A DNA stretch of 61,437 bases, counting the filler, from Sphacelaria rigidula (lineage: Eukaryota), in assembly GCA_964200075.2 (NCBI GenBank). It is 10 parts of 10 records of this genome, joined end to end, with 100 filler letters (N's around TTAATTAATTAA, not from the genome) between each part and the next. Parts side by side here need not be neighbours in the genome. Positions count along the whole stretch, not along the records: positions 36,925 to 42,978 come from CAXNAA020022544.1; positions 43,079 to 49,131 come from CAXNAA020022545.1; positions 49,232 to 55,284 come from CAXNAA020022546.1; 7 more parts are not named here. One strand, given 5' to 3'. The notes beneath the pieces were generated by a model that did not search any database, was not told where the DNA came from, and saw nothing but the letters and a program-made list of their open reading frames with translations. The position numbers and the translations under genes are program-made. Numbering within the stretch: the stretch's first letter is position 1; each line of letters begins with the position of its first letter. Shown piece by piece: positions 37,146-49,797 of the stretch.

Positions 37146-37924
37146 GCTACGGTAGGGGTGCATAAATATTTTCTGAGGTTGGAATTGTTAGGAGCCCTTC
37201 ATCTCATGCCAAACACGACATATGAAATATGTGAGAGTACGCCAGGATTACTATTCCAATGTGCTAGGGACGTCCCTAATACATTTTCAAACGGGGGTGC
37301 CCTGACCTATGTTCTTGTGCATCTAGAATATTTACGAGCCCCTGAGCCAGACAAGATTTCGCGCAAAAAGTGCACCCCTACCGTAGCATTGCTCCACACT
37401 AATCGATTTTACTGACGATCCAGGATCTGCCTGGATATAGGGGAAATGAATATCAAGATTGGATCATGACATACAGGGGAAGTACGAATAAGAGACTAGT
37501 CCTGTTATTTGAGGTATACCCGATGTGGTACTTGCAGTACAAATCTACTGGGGGCACACGCCTTTTTGCGTGCCGAAAATATGGGATTATGAGATGTCAT
37601 GTTTGTATGAGCGTTTTCCCCAGGAATGGCTACCCCACTTCGTTCAGTGGTTTTCGGTTAGGTGTTCGTTCGGTGTGTTCTGATTCAGTGGCGGAATCAG
37701 TGTTTGTGTGAGTGGGCAAATATGGGTGAATTAATTACATAAATGATACCTGGTCTCAACTGGCCATGGCAGGCCTACAAGTTCCCGCGACAACGCACCC
37801 GGTGCATGAGGCTTTCTATTACACACGACTAAGACAAGCAACAAATGAGTACGCCCCCCCACCTCACAGAAAAAATGCAGGGACTATAGTGTAACATGCA
37901 AGAAACTGAACAACCTCACCCACA

Positions 37925-38190
37925 GACTACCATTTACTCCTCCTCCCGCGGGCAGCCGTTCCCCCGGCATCACCGTAGCACCTCCACATGCCCCCCCCTC
38001 GCTGCTGCACTGCATGTAGGTTCCAGCTGCACCCCATCACCCGCGTCCATTAAACAATGCACAAGTGACCTCTCTCCGCCGCCCAGTAGTACGTGTGAGA
38101 GCCCCTGGGACAGCCAGTTCGTCGTGCTCGCAGGAGTGAAGTGTGTGGTCTCGACGAACGAACCCAGCTTTGTCTCTGTACACACCTTAC
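37925..38190 (-). pseudogene. Decayed ankyrin-repeat segment of the CPW/TCxxAAxGGH type
   Basis: Spread over two frames: SLLRARRTGCPRGSHTYYWAAERGHLCIV*WTRVMGCSWN / TCSAAARGGHVEVLR*CRGNGCP. Contains stops and a frameshift. Confidence 0.75.
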
Positions 38191-39169
38191 ACTTTGGTAC
38201 CGTGGATTGCATCCGCACTCCCGCACCTCGTCGGCTCTCGTCGACTGAACTCTTGTCCTGCTCAAACCCTCGCGTTTTCGACAACGGAGACCAGACACTT
38301 ATCAGAGAAAAACGACCAAATGCATATGCGGGGAGTTGAACCCGTGTTCTTCTGACCCGATCGTTTCAGTTGTACCATTTTCATCAAGATCACCGGGGCG
38401 CGGCGGCCAAGAGAAGAAAGAAATGGCAAACCGCCAGACGAACATGAAAAGCATAGGCTGTGGATTCGGTCAACTTTGCAGACCTGAGTCAGTGTGCATT
38501 TTAGTTGAAGAGAGGGTAGAGGTGCAGGGCAAGAACGAAATTTTCTTCGAGACCATCAAATACCGGTTGCCATCACACCATCTACTACTGCGTACACTAT
38601 TATACCACTACTGGCTGGTCGGGATAGGGGGGTGTACTAGACGAAGCCATTGCTGGGTCAGTCGGTCCTCACGTGCTTGTCTAGCCTTTTTTTCTCGCCG
38701 GTATACGTGCAGTTTTGGATGTGCAGTGTGTTTGTATGTGGGCTGACCTGTTACCTGGCAGGTCTGAGCTGAGGCTGGGATTTGGTGTTCCCGCTCAGTA
38801 CTAAAATGAAATAACTCAGACAAAATCGTACTGGTCTGGCAGCGCGATCATATCCGTCAGTTGAGAACGGGCAATCCCCAGTCGCATCACCCGCACTCCA
38901 CAAAGCTCTTTGCTTATTTTTCGCCCAATGGCGCAATTGTTGTTGTCGATCCAAGTTGACTGATATGTCTTCCGCCCATCTGGTTAGTTTCACGGGGAAA
39001 ATGATCTGTCCCATCTTTACTCGCGTTCTTTGCGCATGGGTTACCGTTGGGTCAGGGGTCTTGTATGTGTATGTTTTGGACTAACATGTTTCGACATTTG
39101 ATACGGGTCTTATGCCCGAAACAAGAAAATATATTGCCACGACCTGCCTTGGGCACCTTGTATCACCTG

Positions 39170-41230
39170 ACTGAGAGATGACTTTGAACCATGGTGTGAC
39201 TAACTCTCTCGGTACCACCGTAACCAATAAGGTGACGAGCGCTTGAGGCAATCTTGCGAATGCCCAGGAGCTCGTACAATACGTCAGAGAGGTCAGAGTA
39301 AACTACGCACCATTGTCAGAAAGGAGCCGGTTCGGGCAGCCATAATGCTTGATGCAGTCGTGGAATCAAATGTCGGCTGCACCACCAATGGTGAACTTGC
39401 CGGCGGCCGCTGCGCACAAAGACAAACAGCGCGACTTAAACGGTAGGGGAAAAGAAAAATGAAGGTATTACTACGATCGGTAACCGGCAGAACCAACGTA
39501 ATCGAAAGACAGAGGGAAGGATCCCCGCGCCGTTGCAGAGTACCATGGAGATCACGGGTCGACATACTGTTCGTCATAAAGATTTTACCGGCTTGGCACT
39601 CGAAGCAGCGCCTGATCCAGAATCGAGTGGAAACTTTCGTACCAGCTCACCACTAAACACGTTCGAGTAGCGCCAAGGTGCGAGAAACACCAAGGTGGTA
39701 AAACAAATCAGCGCGACAATCTTCCATGACCCGCAGACGCAGTAACAGCGGGACAAAAATACGTCTTGATTCCTTGCCAGGCAGTAGGAAGTCACGGCCG
39801 GTGGCTGCACGGCGGAGCTTGTCTCAGCCGTTCCCGTGGTACAGCGAACTAGCAATCGTTCTCCATAATCTATGGTGAAAACGACGCCTTTGCGCACGAG
39901 TTCGTATATTTCCGACATGCGGGTGCGCAGTGTGGGTGCGAATAGGAGAATGCTCGTTAAAAACAATACTGGGCAATCAACAAGTAAGTGGTTGATTGCC
40001 GCACGGCGCAAAGGTTCCGCTTGTTGTTCATGAGCCGAACCGCGATGGGAATAGCTAGCGAGACACTCTCCGAGTCGGCCTTCCGCTGGCGAATGGACCG
40101 AACATAGTGGAGCAGGCAGCTATGGGATAGGCAATGGGGCAGGCGTGCCGACGTCGACATCCGCATCGGGATTAAAATCGAAGTTGTCTGTGCCGGGTTT
40201 GAAAGGGGTGAGGTTGGTGCCGCCGTAGTTGGTAGAAGTGCTGCTGTGGTAGCTTGGCCGTTTTGGTGTGCGGCACGATTCGTGTGCGGAGTGTTGGCGT
40301 TCGCGTTGCAGAACATGCGGTGCGAGTTTGTGGAACCGGTGTTGCAAAACGATCGACAGTCGCAGGGGGTGTTGGTGCCGGCAAAGCCCATGGCGGCCGC
40401 TCACGTGTCGTTGTTCGGGAGCGCGTGATTTCGAAAATCAGATGGGTGGATTTGCGGTGTCGGCGCGGAAACATCAGCGCGAGTGCCGAAGGTGTGGGAG
40501 TCGTCAAATTGGTGGCAATGGGTGCCAGCCCACCCAAGACAGCATCATACAGAAGGGGATGATGACCGCTCATGTGCATACCCGATGCTGGACACTAAAG
40601 GTCTAGAGTATCGACGGATGTTGCAAAACAACAAATTGGATAACCGCTGGCTTCGTCAGGCTTGATGACCCAACAAGCTGCACTGAGACCTGCTACCGTT
40701 GGAGGCAGGAAGAGTCGGGAAATATCAGCATTCTCGTTAACATCGCCCGGTTGGTGATTGATATTACAGGAAGCCAACGAAAGCAAATGGATGAGACAAC
40801 GAATTAAGACGTGAATTAAATTTACTACCGTAGGCTAAAACGGAAGGTTGGTGATTCGGTGCTTGTTTATGATTCTTCTGTACTCGCCGTGTGCAATAGC
40901 GGATAGTTTGATGAGAGTTCACGCAGTGCGGGAGTGTGTGGTCATGATCCAGTCCGCGATGAGACCAAAATTCAAGGCGTACGCAGAGGGTGCGACGGGT
41001 TCATCTCTTGAGACCACGGACTTCTGCCGACGAGGGGGGTGTTGTTGAAAACATGACCAAAGCCAATATCGTGGAGTACTAGATAGGAAGTCCAGTACAA
41101 GTAGACCGGTGAAATGCCCAGGTGTTTCATGTGTAGGACACGTCTTGTAAAGGAAACAACAGCGCATTTAGGTGGAGTAACGGGTGAACAGAAAGATATC
41201 ATGCCATTACTGTTGCCTGATTCCTTGAGA
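39170..41230 (-). mobile_element. Heavily decayed Ty3/gypsy pol (RNase H end, linker, integrase core)
   Basis: NHQPGDVNENADISRL (RNase H end). RIFVPLLLR...YHLGVSRTLALLER...RRCFECQ (zinc finger). YGCPNRLLSDNG, LLGIRKIASSA and GGTERVSHTMVQ (integrase core), the last matching GGTERVNHTMAQ at 55247-55212. Confidence 0.8.
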
Positions 41231-41552
41231 GCGGTGGATGTGGGGAAGCGTCACGTTAGTACTGGAAGCCATTGTGCGGGCAGCGGGTGGCTGGTGCGGT
41301 AGCTGCGGTTGAAGCCCCCTTGGTAAGGGCTCCCCTTGGTAAGGGGAGGTGGCAGCTGTATCTACCGGCTACTGCCATGTTCCGGGATAAGAACAGGGAA
41401 ACCGGTAGGCACCACCAGTGAATGAGGTCGGTATTGTCGGCTCTGTGCCATGAAGAATGACCTCAGGGAGGTTCGCCAACCGATAGTGAAAACCAAGAAC
41501 ATGGTCTAGCGCCATCGGGCACTCTTCATCCCCTTTTATTGTTTTTCTTCTG

Positions 41553-41857
41553 TTTGTGCCACTTTAAATCCCTCCCCTTCCCCGGGACGAGTCCGTGGTC
41601 TCAAGGGATCAACCCATCTCTCCCGGCACACATCTTGCATTTTGGTCTCGCGAAATGAGTCAGCGCACCCGCACCGCGTCAACTCCCGTCAAACAAACTA
41701 AGTCAACTACTTCTTGTTTACTCATATACTCACGCTTTCGACGGTAGAAATCAGACTTTGAAGAAAAGTCCAACGCATCGGGAACCGAATCCACGCTCTC
41801 TCCACTCTCGTTGTGACAGTCGGATCATTTAAGTTGGCACCACCGGGGCGCGGCGGC
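41553..41857 (-). mobile_element. SINE family A copy
   Basis: Full reverse-complement match to the family A head, body and tail. Confidence 0.8.
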
Positions 41858-41859
41858 TT

Positions 41860-42723
41860 ATCCTCTGGGGTGTAGATCTCCCAAATGGCTGGGCAGTTAG
41901 TCATCTAGGACTTGAATGTTCATCTGGGGTGTGAATGTCCATCTGGGGTGTCCATGTGGAGTACCGGATCCGTCTGGGATATCAGCTTGGAATATCAGAT
42001 TCATGTGGGATACTCATGTGGGATATCAGATCCATCTGGAATAAAGACATGTGATATGGACATCCCTGATGGATACACCGGATAAACATCCCAGAATAAC
42101 GTCTCAGATGGAAATCTCAGATGGACACTGATATGTCAGATGGATGTCGCAGATGAAACATGATATCCCAAATATCCGCTGTGCCCCGGTGGTCTGATCT
42201 TACAACTGGCACCACTAGGGTGAAAAGAACGCGAGTTTGATTCCCGCCAGATACGTCTGGACTTTCCTTCAGAGTATCTGACTTCCATTGTTAAAAGCGT
42301 GGGGACGTGAGTAGCAAAGATAGTTTAGGTGACTGATGTCATATAACGAGAGTGAACGCGGTGCGTGAATGCTGATCAAACCCGCGAGATCAAAATGCAA
42401 GGTAAGGCGTGTACCGGGGGAGAGATGGGTTGACTCCTTGAGACCATGAACCCGTCGTGAGGAAGAGGAGGGGTAACAAGTTTGACGATATTGTGCATCT
42501 GGATCGTCCACTTGGGATGTCCACCTGGGATATGTCCATCTTCAATATCCATCAGGGATACGGATATCCACCTGGGGGGGGTCCATCCGAGACACCGAGG
42601 CCATCGAAGATATCAGTCCATCGAAGGATATGTTCATCTCAAGCTGGGCTATCCCACATGAACATCGAAGATAGGCATCTGAAAAAGGGAATGTCTCAGA
42701 TGGTTATCCTACATGGATACCCC

Positions 42724-42726
<3 letters not shown>
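41860..42726. repeat. Element built of many CCATCTGG/CAGATGG-like motifs in both orientations, split by a SINE A copy
   Basis: Repeated GTCCATCTGG, GGATATC and CAGATGG motifs at 41860-42170 and 42490-42726. Confidence 0.65.
42176..42490 (+). mobile_element. SINE family A copy
   Basis: Head CCCCGGTGGTCTGAT...TTTGATTCCCG, body and GAGACCA...GAGGAAGAGG tail. Confidence 0.75.
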
Positions 42727-42760
<34 letters not shown>

Positions 42761-42810
42761 GTTATCCCATCTATTCTGGACGCCAGTCTACACCTTGCGG
42801 TGTTTGTGGG
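42727..42810 (-). mobile_element. SINE family B 3' tail fragment ending in (CA)n
   Basis: (TG)n followed by TTATCCCATCTATTCTGGACGCCAGTCTACACCTT, as in the other family B tails. Confidence 0.75.
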
Positions 42811-44059
42811 TGTTCCTTGACACATGATCCATAAAGAGGGACAGCTGGACGCGACTAATGAAATCGATCAAAGGACACGGCTGAGCCGATCATGTTGATG
42901 TAGAAGAGTAGTGTCGTGGTCTGATCACGAGGTGATACTGGCTTCACTCTCGAAGGACATGCCAGGCCAGGGGTGACANNNNNNNNNNNNNNNNNNNNNN
43001 NNNNNNNNNNNNNNNNNNNNNNTTAATTAATTAANNNNNNNNNNNNNNNNNNNNNNNNNNNNNNNNNNNNNNNNNNNNGGGGAGTACCGTAGAAAGTGTC
43101 TGATATTTTTGTGAGTATAACGATCGTGGGAAACAGCACTCGCGCTTTCCACGACAGTCGGACACGGGCCCGATCCAATTCGCCGTGGGACCTGTTTTTC
43201 GGTCTTTCGCAGCTGTGTTGCCCCGAGGAAGCCATCAGGAGTAGTGTCTGAGGACGGAAGGGGGCCCTACAAACCCGGTGTAAACGGAGCGTAGTGCCAA
43301 AACTGGTGACCTTATGCTTGTCTTGATTGGACCACGCTGTTGATGAACCTAGAGAAACCAGTGAAACGGAATAAAACTTGATCAGTACCGACACTCCCGA
43401 CCTCGGGCTTGCCTCGAGGAATACGCGTGTGAAATGTCGCCTCTCAACTCTTGGAAACACGAGGAGTAAAGAAAACGTGAAATTGTTCGGAAAATGTGTG
43501 GTCCCCTGGTGCTTCCAGCGAATGATGACCCAACGAAATTCGTTCCTCTGATGTAATTTCGGAAGACCCAACCCTTGAAAGAACTCGGAACTTCCTGCAG
43601 GGACACGTTCGTGTGAGATCAATTTGGTTTTTGTTCCGAGAATGCCGGGCATGCAATGGTCGGGAACCTCAGAAAACCGTCGAAGGCGAGTAGAGAGAGA
43701 AATACGCAGGTGCCGGTAAACTGGGGGGCTTTGTTCGGATATACGTGTGCGAAGAATGCTTTTTTTTTCCATCTTGGAGACTGGTCCAAGCAGTGGAACA
43801 ATCGTGAAGTTGTCGCGAAAATATGGAGGCGTGCGTATTGCTGGGGACCCCAGGAAACTGGTGGAACCCAGTAAAACTCGATTGACACAGCCCTGGCGAC
43901 CTCAAGCTTCGTTCATTATTATTCATCTCTGCAGATTTCTTTTTTAAGCTTCCGCATCGCATGGGCAATAGAACCAGCTATAAAATGTTCCAAAATTGTG
44001 GGACTTGAAGGGCTGCCGCGAGGAAACAGCTCTCCTCCGGCTATACCTGAATCTCCTTG

Positions 44060-44527
44060 TCGCATGATATTTTTCAGGGATATACGCGTTACACACGTGG
44101 TGCATTTGAAAAAAACCGGGAAAAACGTTACTTTGGACCAATTAACGCTTCGCCAGGTTTGATTTTATGGACGGGGCAAATGTGACGTAACGTGATGTAA
44201 CGTGTGGACCTTGAAGCAGTGTCTCTTGAGATTTTCCACAAGTAAAAAAAACACTCTTTTTGTGAATTTATGACGTGACACGTGACGCGTTACGAAATGA
44301 CGCGTTACAAATTCACGAAGGAACGCGGAGTTTTCGCCACATTGGGAAAGTAAAACGCTATGTTACGGTTCATGCGAAGGACCACACGTGACATCACGTT
44401 ACGTTACATTTGTCCCATCGAGAAAATCACACCTCTCGTAGCGTTCAATGACCCATAGCTACGTTTTTTCGAATGTGTCACGTAAAAGCGTCACGTATAA
44501 CGTGTATACCCTTGATATTTTTCACGA
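44060..44527. mobile_element. Foldback/MITE with long imperfect inverted arms rich in GTGACGT/ACGTTAC
   Basis: CAAATGTGACGTAACGTGATGTAACGTGTGG (about 44177) versus CCACACGTGACATCACGTTACGTTACATTTG (about 44382). The outer arms also pair. Confidence 0.75.
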
Positions 44528-44888
44528 CTTTTTGTGGGGGGTCACGAACCGCGTCCCGCCCTCACCATGGCTTGGAGTTACGATAGACAATGATTGTTAT
44601 CGCGGTTCACACGATGTGTAACAAAATGCGGCGCATCTACTTCAGCACAAGCCAAGAAGAGCGACGTGAAGAGTTTTTCGGAGATTTTGTCCACACTAGA
44701 TTCTGCCCAGTCGCAGGCAGCCCTCTGTTTTGTACGCTTCTAGCGCCCCATCATGACCTCACCTCTCGAAGCAGCCGAGTTCCGTTCTCCTTGAGATACC
44801 GAGGAGCATTGTACACCCTTTCCACAAGATGAAGGGGAAAAAAATCGTTAGTTTACATTTTTTTCTTCATTTGTTTTTGCTTCCGCAG

Positions 44889-45032
44889 GTAATCTGCCGC
44901 CGGAGATGTGTCGAATGACTCAGCTGGCGTTGCTCGACCTTAGGCACAACAAGATCGCGGGACAGATCCCGCCGCTGTTCGGCCGCCTCACCAATCTGCA
45001 GCAGCTTTGGCTCCAGGACAACCAGCTCACGG
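44889..45032 (+). CDS. Leucine-rich repeat exon, two 24-aa plant-specific-type LRRs
   Basis: Polypyrimidine tract + CAG, GTGAG donor, exactly 144 nt, phase 1-1. Encodes GNLPPEMCRMTQLALLDLRHNKIAGQIPPLFGRLTNLQQLWLQDNQLT. Confidence 0.92.
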
Positions 45033-45184
45033 GTGAGCTTTCTGTTGACTCGTTTGTTTTATCGCCAGGACGAGACATGCCACGTTTAATTTTTTGGCGT
45101 TTTGAGGCTGTGATCAACGATTCGTTGTTTTTTGGGGGGGGGGGGGGGGGGGGGTCAAAGAGTTAGTTTTTGTCTTGACCCTTG

Positions 45185-45810
45185 GACCGCTATGGCAGTC
45201 CGCCTGGACCATACATACTTTTTTTCAAGTGAAATTGATGACGATTCAACAGATGACCTACTCTCGCCGTCTTGAGGTTGAGCTCTACAATGGACTGAAT
45301 AAGTGTGGTGTATTTTGATGTGTCATTTTTATTTCTCATTTAGTATAAATTTGTCTCACTTTGAACCCCTTCATTTGCTCGGGGCGAGTCCGTGGTCTCA
45401 AGGAGCCGACTAATCTCTGTCCAGTTTTTTTTTTCCCCTTAGAGCGTGTTAAAATTCCGTTTTTTTTTAGAACGTCTACCATGAGACCACGGCTGGACTC
45501 CTAGGGGGTCAGTTAAAGTGCGACAATCAATCAATCAAGTACACGCCTCGCATTTTGGTCGCAAGGATTGGGTAAGCGCTCCCGCACCTCGTCAAGTCTC
45601 GTCAAACTCAGGCTATTACATTTTGTTTACTCACGTACGCAGCCTTTCGGGGTTGGAAATCAGATTCTTCGAAGAGAGGCCCCAACGCGTCGGGATTCGA
45701 ACCCTCATTTTCTCCACGCTTTTAAACCCGCGGATAGCCAGGGTAGGTCATCTGTTGAATCGGCTTCAATTTCACTTGAAAAATGTATGCTTACCACGTT
45801 CGCGGTCTAT
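45185..45810. mobile_element. Nested insertion in the LRR intron: inverted-repeat element enclosing a SINE A copy, itself split by a short retroposon tail
   Basis: Arms CAAGTGAAATTGATGACGATTCAACAGATGACCTAC (about 45226) and GTAGGTCATCTGTTGAATCG.CTTCAATTTCACTTG (about 45743). The same arm occurs at about 29850. SINE A pieces lie at 45352-45421 and 45541-45720. Confidence 0.7.
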
Positions 45811-45857
45811 GGCTTGATCAACCCATGTGGGACCCTCTACCCCACAATCGTGTGTTG

Positions 45858-45966
45858 ACGGCAGGTGTCCATTTTGTCTTGTTTTCAAGTCAAAATAATG
45901 CTAAAGTGTCCTTTGTGGATCGGCACCATTTTGACTTCAAAACAACACAAAATGGACACCTGCCGT
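45858..45966. mobile_element. Miniature inverted-repeat element of about 109 bp
   Basis: ACGGCAGGTGTCCATTTTGT / ACAAAATGGACACCTGCCGT are perfect 20-bp arms with further internal pairing. Confidence 0.85.
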
Positions 45967-47986
45967 GAACGCTTTGACGGCGAGCGTCGCCTCGGAACAG
46001 TTTCACAAGCTGACCGTCCGGAGACATTCGAGGGTTTCCAGTGGCCGGGGGTTGTGGTTTTTTGAGGAAAAAGGGTGTCTGTTAGCAGAGGAGCCGAAAA
46101 GCTCACGGAGTCAACCATGTGTGTTTTGAAGTTTCCAACGAAAAATTATGAGCTGTGTACGAGGCCTGAGAGGCGCGGGATGCCCATTCTGACCAATCAC
46201 TGTCATCAAAATGAGCACGTTCTTCCAGTTCGGGTGGACACATTACACGAATTCGCTGTCTACGCCCACACCTCATTTTGTTCTTGGGAACTCAACCGTA
46301 TATTACATTGGTACCAACAGCTTGTTTTGTAATGTGCTCATGGTCTACGCCGCCTGCCTGACCCCCCATGCTAGCATGGCTTCACACTGTAGAGTTGTTG
46401 ATGAGCACTAGGCAGAGGCATCAGCAGCATGCAGTAAATTCTGTTCAGTGGAGAGAGATGGCACACTTGGACTGCCTCTTGCCACTGTATCCAGTGAAGA
46501 CATACATACGGCACACATACCGACTCTGCTCGCAAATGACTGCAGGGTTAAAGTTGGTCAGGCATTCTCCAAGACTATTTTCCATATAGGTGACAAATAT
46601 CCAATGTTGATGAAGAAGGCGTTTTGTATACAGGGGGGAAAAAGCAGTTCTGAATCCCAAATGTGGCATGGTCCAACTCAGTCCACTTGCGGGGGGGTCG
46701 CTGTCTAAGGATTAACACACGTTTGTGGGGGGGAAAGGTGTCACATACCGTTGCGGAGAGTCCAATCCATTTTAATTTAAACCACCGGGGTGCTGCGTAG
46801 CTGCGTGTGTGTTCATTTGTAGGCGTACGAATCACGAACCCAAAGCATGTACAAATCAAAGGCTGTGTACGAATCAATTATTGTTTAAAATGAGTTGAAT
46901 CACGATTTTATTCGTCCGAACCGTGTATTTATCGTAGAATAGCATCGACCGCCCAGAAACTTGACAGTTCAGGAGTTGATTCTATGAATATACTGTACGG
47001 GGAAAATTGTTCAGTTGGAATACATTTTCGAGTTTTTCCGCCCTTCTCTAGCTCCCGATCGTCCCGGCACGATGACCCCCGGAAACCGGTACAGAATTCC
47101 TTCGAACATGGAACTGTACGCGTCCAGGGGTATAATTTTCCATCAGTATTTTCGTCATATCAGCTCCATATCTCGGACCCGTGGTCACAGAGTGCAAGGA
47201 GCATACCATCCATCCATGAATCAAACAGCCAACATAGGAATGCGAGTAGCGAAACATTTGCACGAAAAAATGACGACTGCAGTACGAAAGAGTTTTGAAA
47301 TATCGATGAAAGTACAGGGGACCTAATGGAGGCTGAAGAGTCCCGCCGTGCGACCTCTCCGATTTGAATGAGAAATGGAGAAATATTTGTACATCGTCTT
47401 GTTCTGTCAATCGAATTGAATCTGATGCGATGAGGCTGGTTCAACTTTCGAAGTACCCGGAATATCGGCATGAATACTAGAATAAAGTAGTTGGTAGTTT
47501 GTACCTTTTGAGTCCACTCTACAGCGTAAAAGCGAAAAACGTGACGCCGTTGTTTGAAGTTACACTCAATTTTTTTCGCTCGTGTACTGCGGTTCATAAC
47601 GAAACTTTTCAAGATTGTGGTCTTCCTAAACTTTTCGCCGGTTATTCAGGGTCCAAGGAGCGCAAAACCATAATGACTTACAGTATTGAGCAGTTTTGTA
47701 GAGTGTTTGACTCTCGAGAACGACAAGTTTTGCGGGTGGGTGATTTCTGGGTGATTGACGTACAGGAAGCTTTTACCCATGTAGTGTACAGGATGATTGA
47801 GCACGAGTACTCAGAGTCCACGGTGTCTGCATTTGGCGCAAGATATTGTCGCTGCTCTTCTTTTTTTTGTCGTCATCGTCTAGCCCACCTTTCCCTGTAA
47901 CTCGTAGTGTACCTCACGAAAAACACAGCAGGTGGAACTCATTGTTATGTACTATGTGTCTCCCTTTGATGTTGTGTTTTCCACAG

Positions 47987-48058
47987 GCGACATTCCTGCG
48001 GAGCTGGCTCGCCTGCCGAGGCTGCAGATGCTGCACCTGGGCAACAATCAGCTGTCAG
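47987..48058 (+). CDS. Leucine-rich repeat exon, one 24-aa LRR
   Basis: CAG acceptor, GTGAG donor, exactly 72 nt, phase 1-1. Encodes GDIPAELARLPRLQMLHLGNNQLS. Confidence 0.92.
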
Positions 48059-48647
48059 GTGAGGGCGTAAAGCTACAGTGAAAAGCCGTAGCACACGACT
48101 GTTGTTTGGCTTGACTCAAATTTCTGTCATCCCAATTTTGTGGCGCACTGGAGTTGAGGGCGCCGCGCATCGGTAAAGAGTCGCTGTACGCCGCCATAAT
48201 GTGATTATCCGTCTATCAGTGCTTATCTTCGCTGGTGTAGCAAAACATGCCATGCCCGACCCATTCTATAGAGTACGGCGATACTATGGAGATGGGAAAG
48301 ACTATTGAAGTGGCGGAATATCCCCTCACAAGGAGCATTTCGAAAGGATATCCCGGAAGGAAGAAAAATCATATTCCGACGTGTGGACGACCGAGTTTTT
48401 CCCGGTCATCGTCACTGTATACCCTGATATTCGCGCGGTGGTCATGCCTAGGGGGAAATTCAAGACGTGGGTGGGTTCACGGTCAATCGGATAATTCTCG
48501 TAGGTTGGGAAACCGTAGAAATCCTGTACCGCATGATTTAATATCGTGAGCATCAGAACTTATCGCGGTATGTGTTTATATGTACACTTATTTTTTCCTG
48601 TGCAGGCTCGGCCGCCCAAGAAGCCACGCGGAATGTTGGACCGAATT

Positions 48648-48913
48648 CACTTCGCTCAATTTTGGATCGTTTTCGATTAAATTTTGACACGATGTACAGG
48701 ACGTATGTGCGAAATATTAAACCTCTCCCCCTTTGTTTATTTTCTTCGTGAGTTATTGGCAATTTTGTTCCAAATAACTGTTTTAAACTATTCCGTCGCC
48801 AATGACGAACTCAGAAGAAAACAAGAACATAGGGAGAAAGGTTTGGTACTCGCACATACGTCCTGGACATGGTGCCAAAATTTAATCGAAAACGATCCAA
48901 AATTTAGCGAAGT
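48648..48913. mobile_element. MITE-like inverted repeat (third partial arm at about 49018-49049)
   Basis: ACTTCGCT.AATTTTGGATCGTTTTCGATTAAATTTTG.CAC.ATGT.CAGGACGTATGTGCGA and its reverse complement at about 48850-48913. Confidence 0.8.
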
Positions 48914-49532
48914 AATTGCGTCATTCCGTCGACGACCGGTCTATAGTATATGAAGGTGGACGAGTTACGAATAATTCAAATGCATCTATGCCGTTCAATT
49001 TCAAGCAGTTTTTTAGTAAATTTTGACACGACGTACAGGACGTACGTGCCACGTCCCATTTTTAACCACACACCTATTCGACCCCCGCCCGTTGCCGACC
49101 TCTCTTCGTTCTTTTGTTTTTTTTCTTCTCTNNNNNNNNNNNNNNNNNNNNNNNNNNNNNNNNNNNNNNNNNNNNTTAATTAATTAANNNNNNNNNNNNN
49201 NNNNNNNNNNNNNNNNNNNNNNNNNNNNNNNTTGAGTACGCCCCCCCCCCCCTATCCTCCCGGACGGAATTTTTTCGAAAATTGTCAAGATTCTTCATAT
49301 TTTTTTATTATTTCTTTTCTGTGTTTTTTTCAATTTTTTCTTGAAATTTTTGGAAGAAATTGATCAACACTGCCAAAATCCGAAAAGTCTGGCGGGCTTT
49401 GCGAGGTTCGTATATTTGCTTCTGTTCATTGCCCGCCCTGTCCCGATTACCTCGGATGCTGGCAACGCTCATACACATTTGTGTACAATACACAAGCCCA
49501 CGATACAGGCTGGGCCGGTTTGTACTTAGCAG

Positions 49533-49797
49533 GCGAATTCGAATTTTTTTCTTGGAGTTGGAAAGTGAAATTTGGTATGGACAATCAACAGGGCATGAAG
49601 AAAATCTGTCTGTGAGGTCCCGAAGTTTTTTTTTTTTCAGGAGTTTAGGGCATTTACTAAACCCTCAAAACTGATTACTGCTCTTGACTCATGAAAAAGA
49701 AAGTTCGGGACCTCACAGACAGCTTTTCTTCATGCCCTCTTGATTTTCCACACCAAACTTCACTGTCCAACTCCAAGAAAATAAAAGCGAATTCAGC
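49533..49797. mobile_element. Foldback/MITE
   Basis: TTCTTGGAGTTGGA.AGTGAA.TTTGGT...GGGCATGAAGAAAA.CTGTCTGTGAGGTCCCGAA and its reverse complement at about 49700-49797. Confidence 0.85.

Noticed and set aside
43023..43772. 249-aa minus-strand ORF
   Set aside because: No recognisable motif; it runs into the N spacer and starts in repeat-like sequence.
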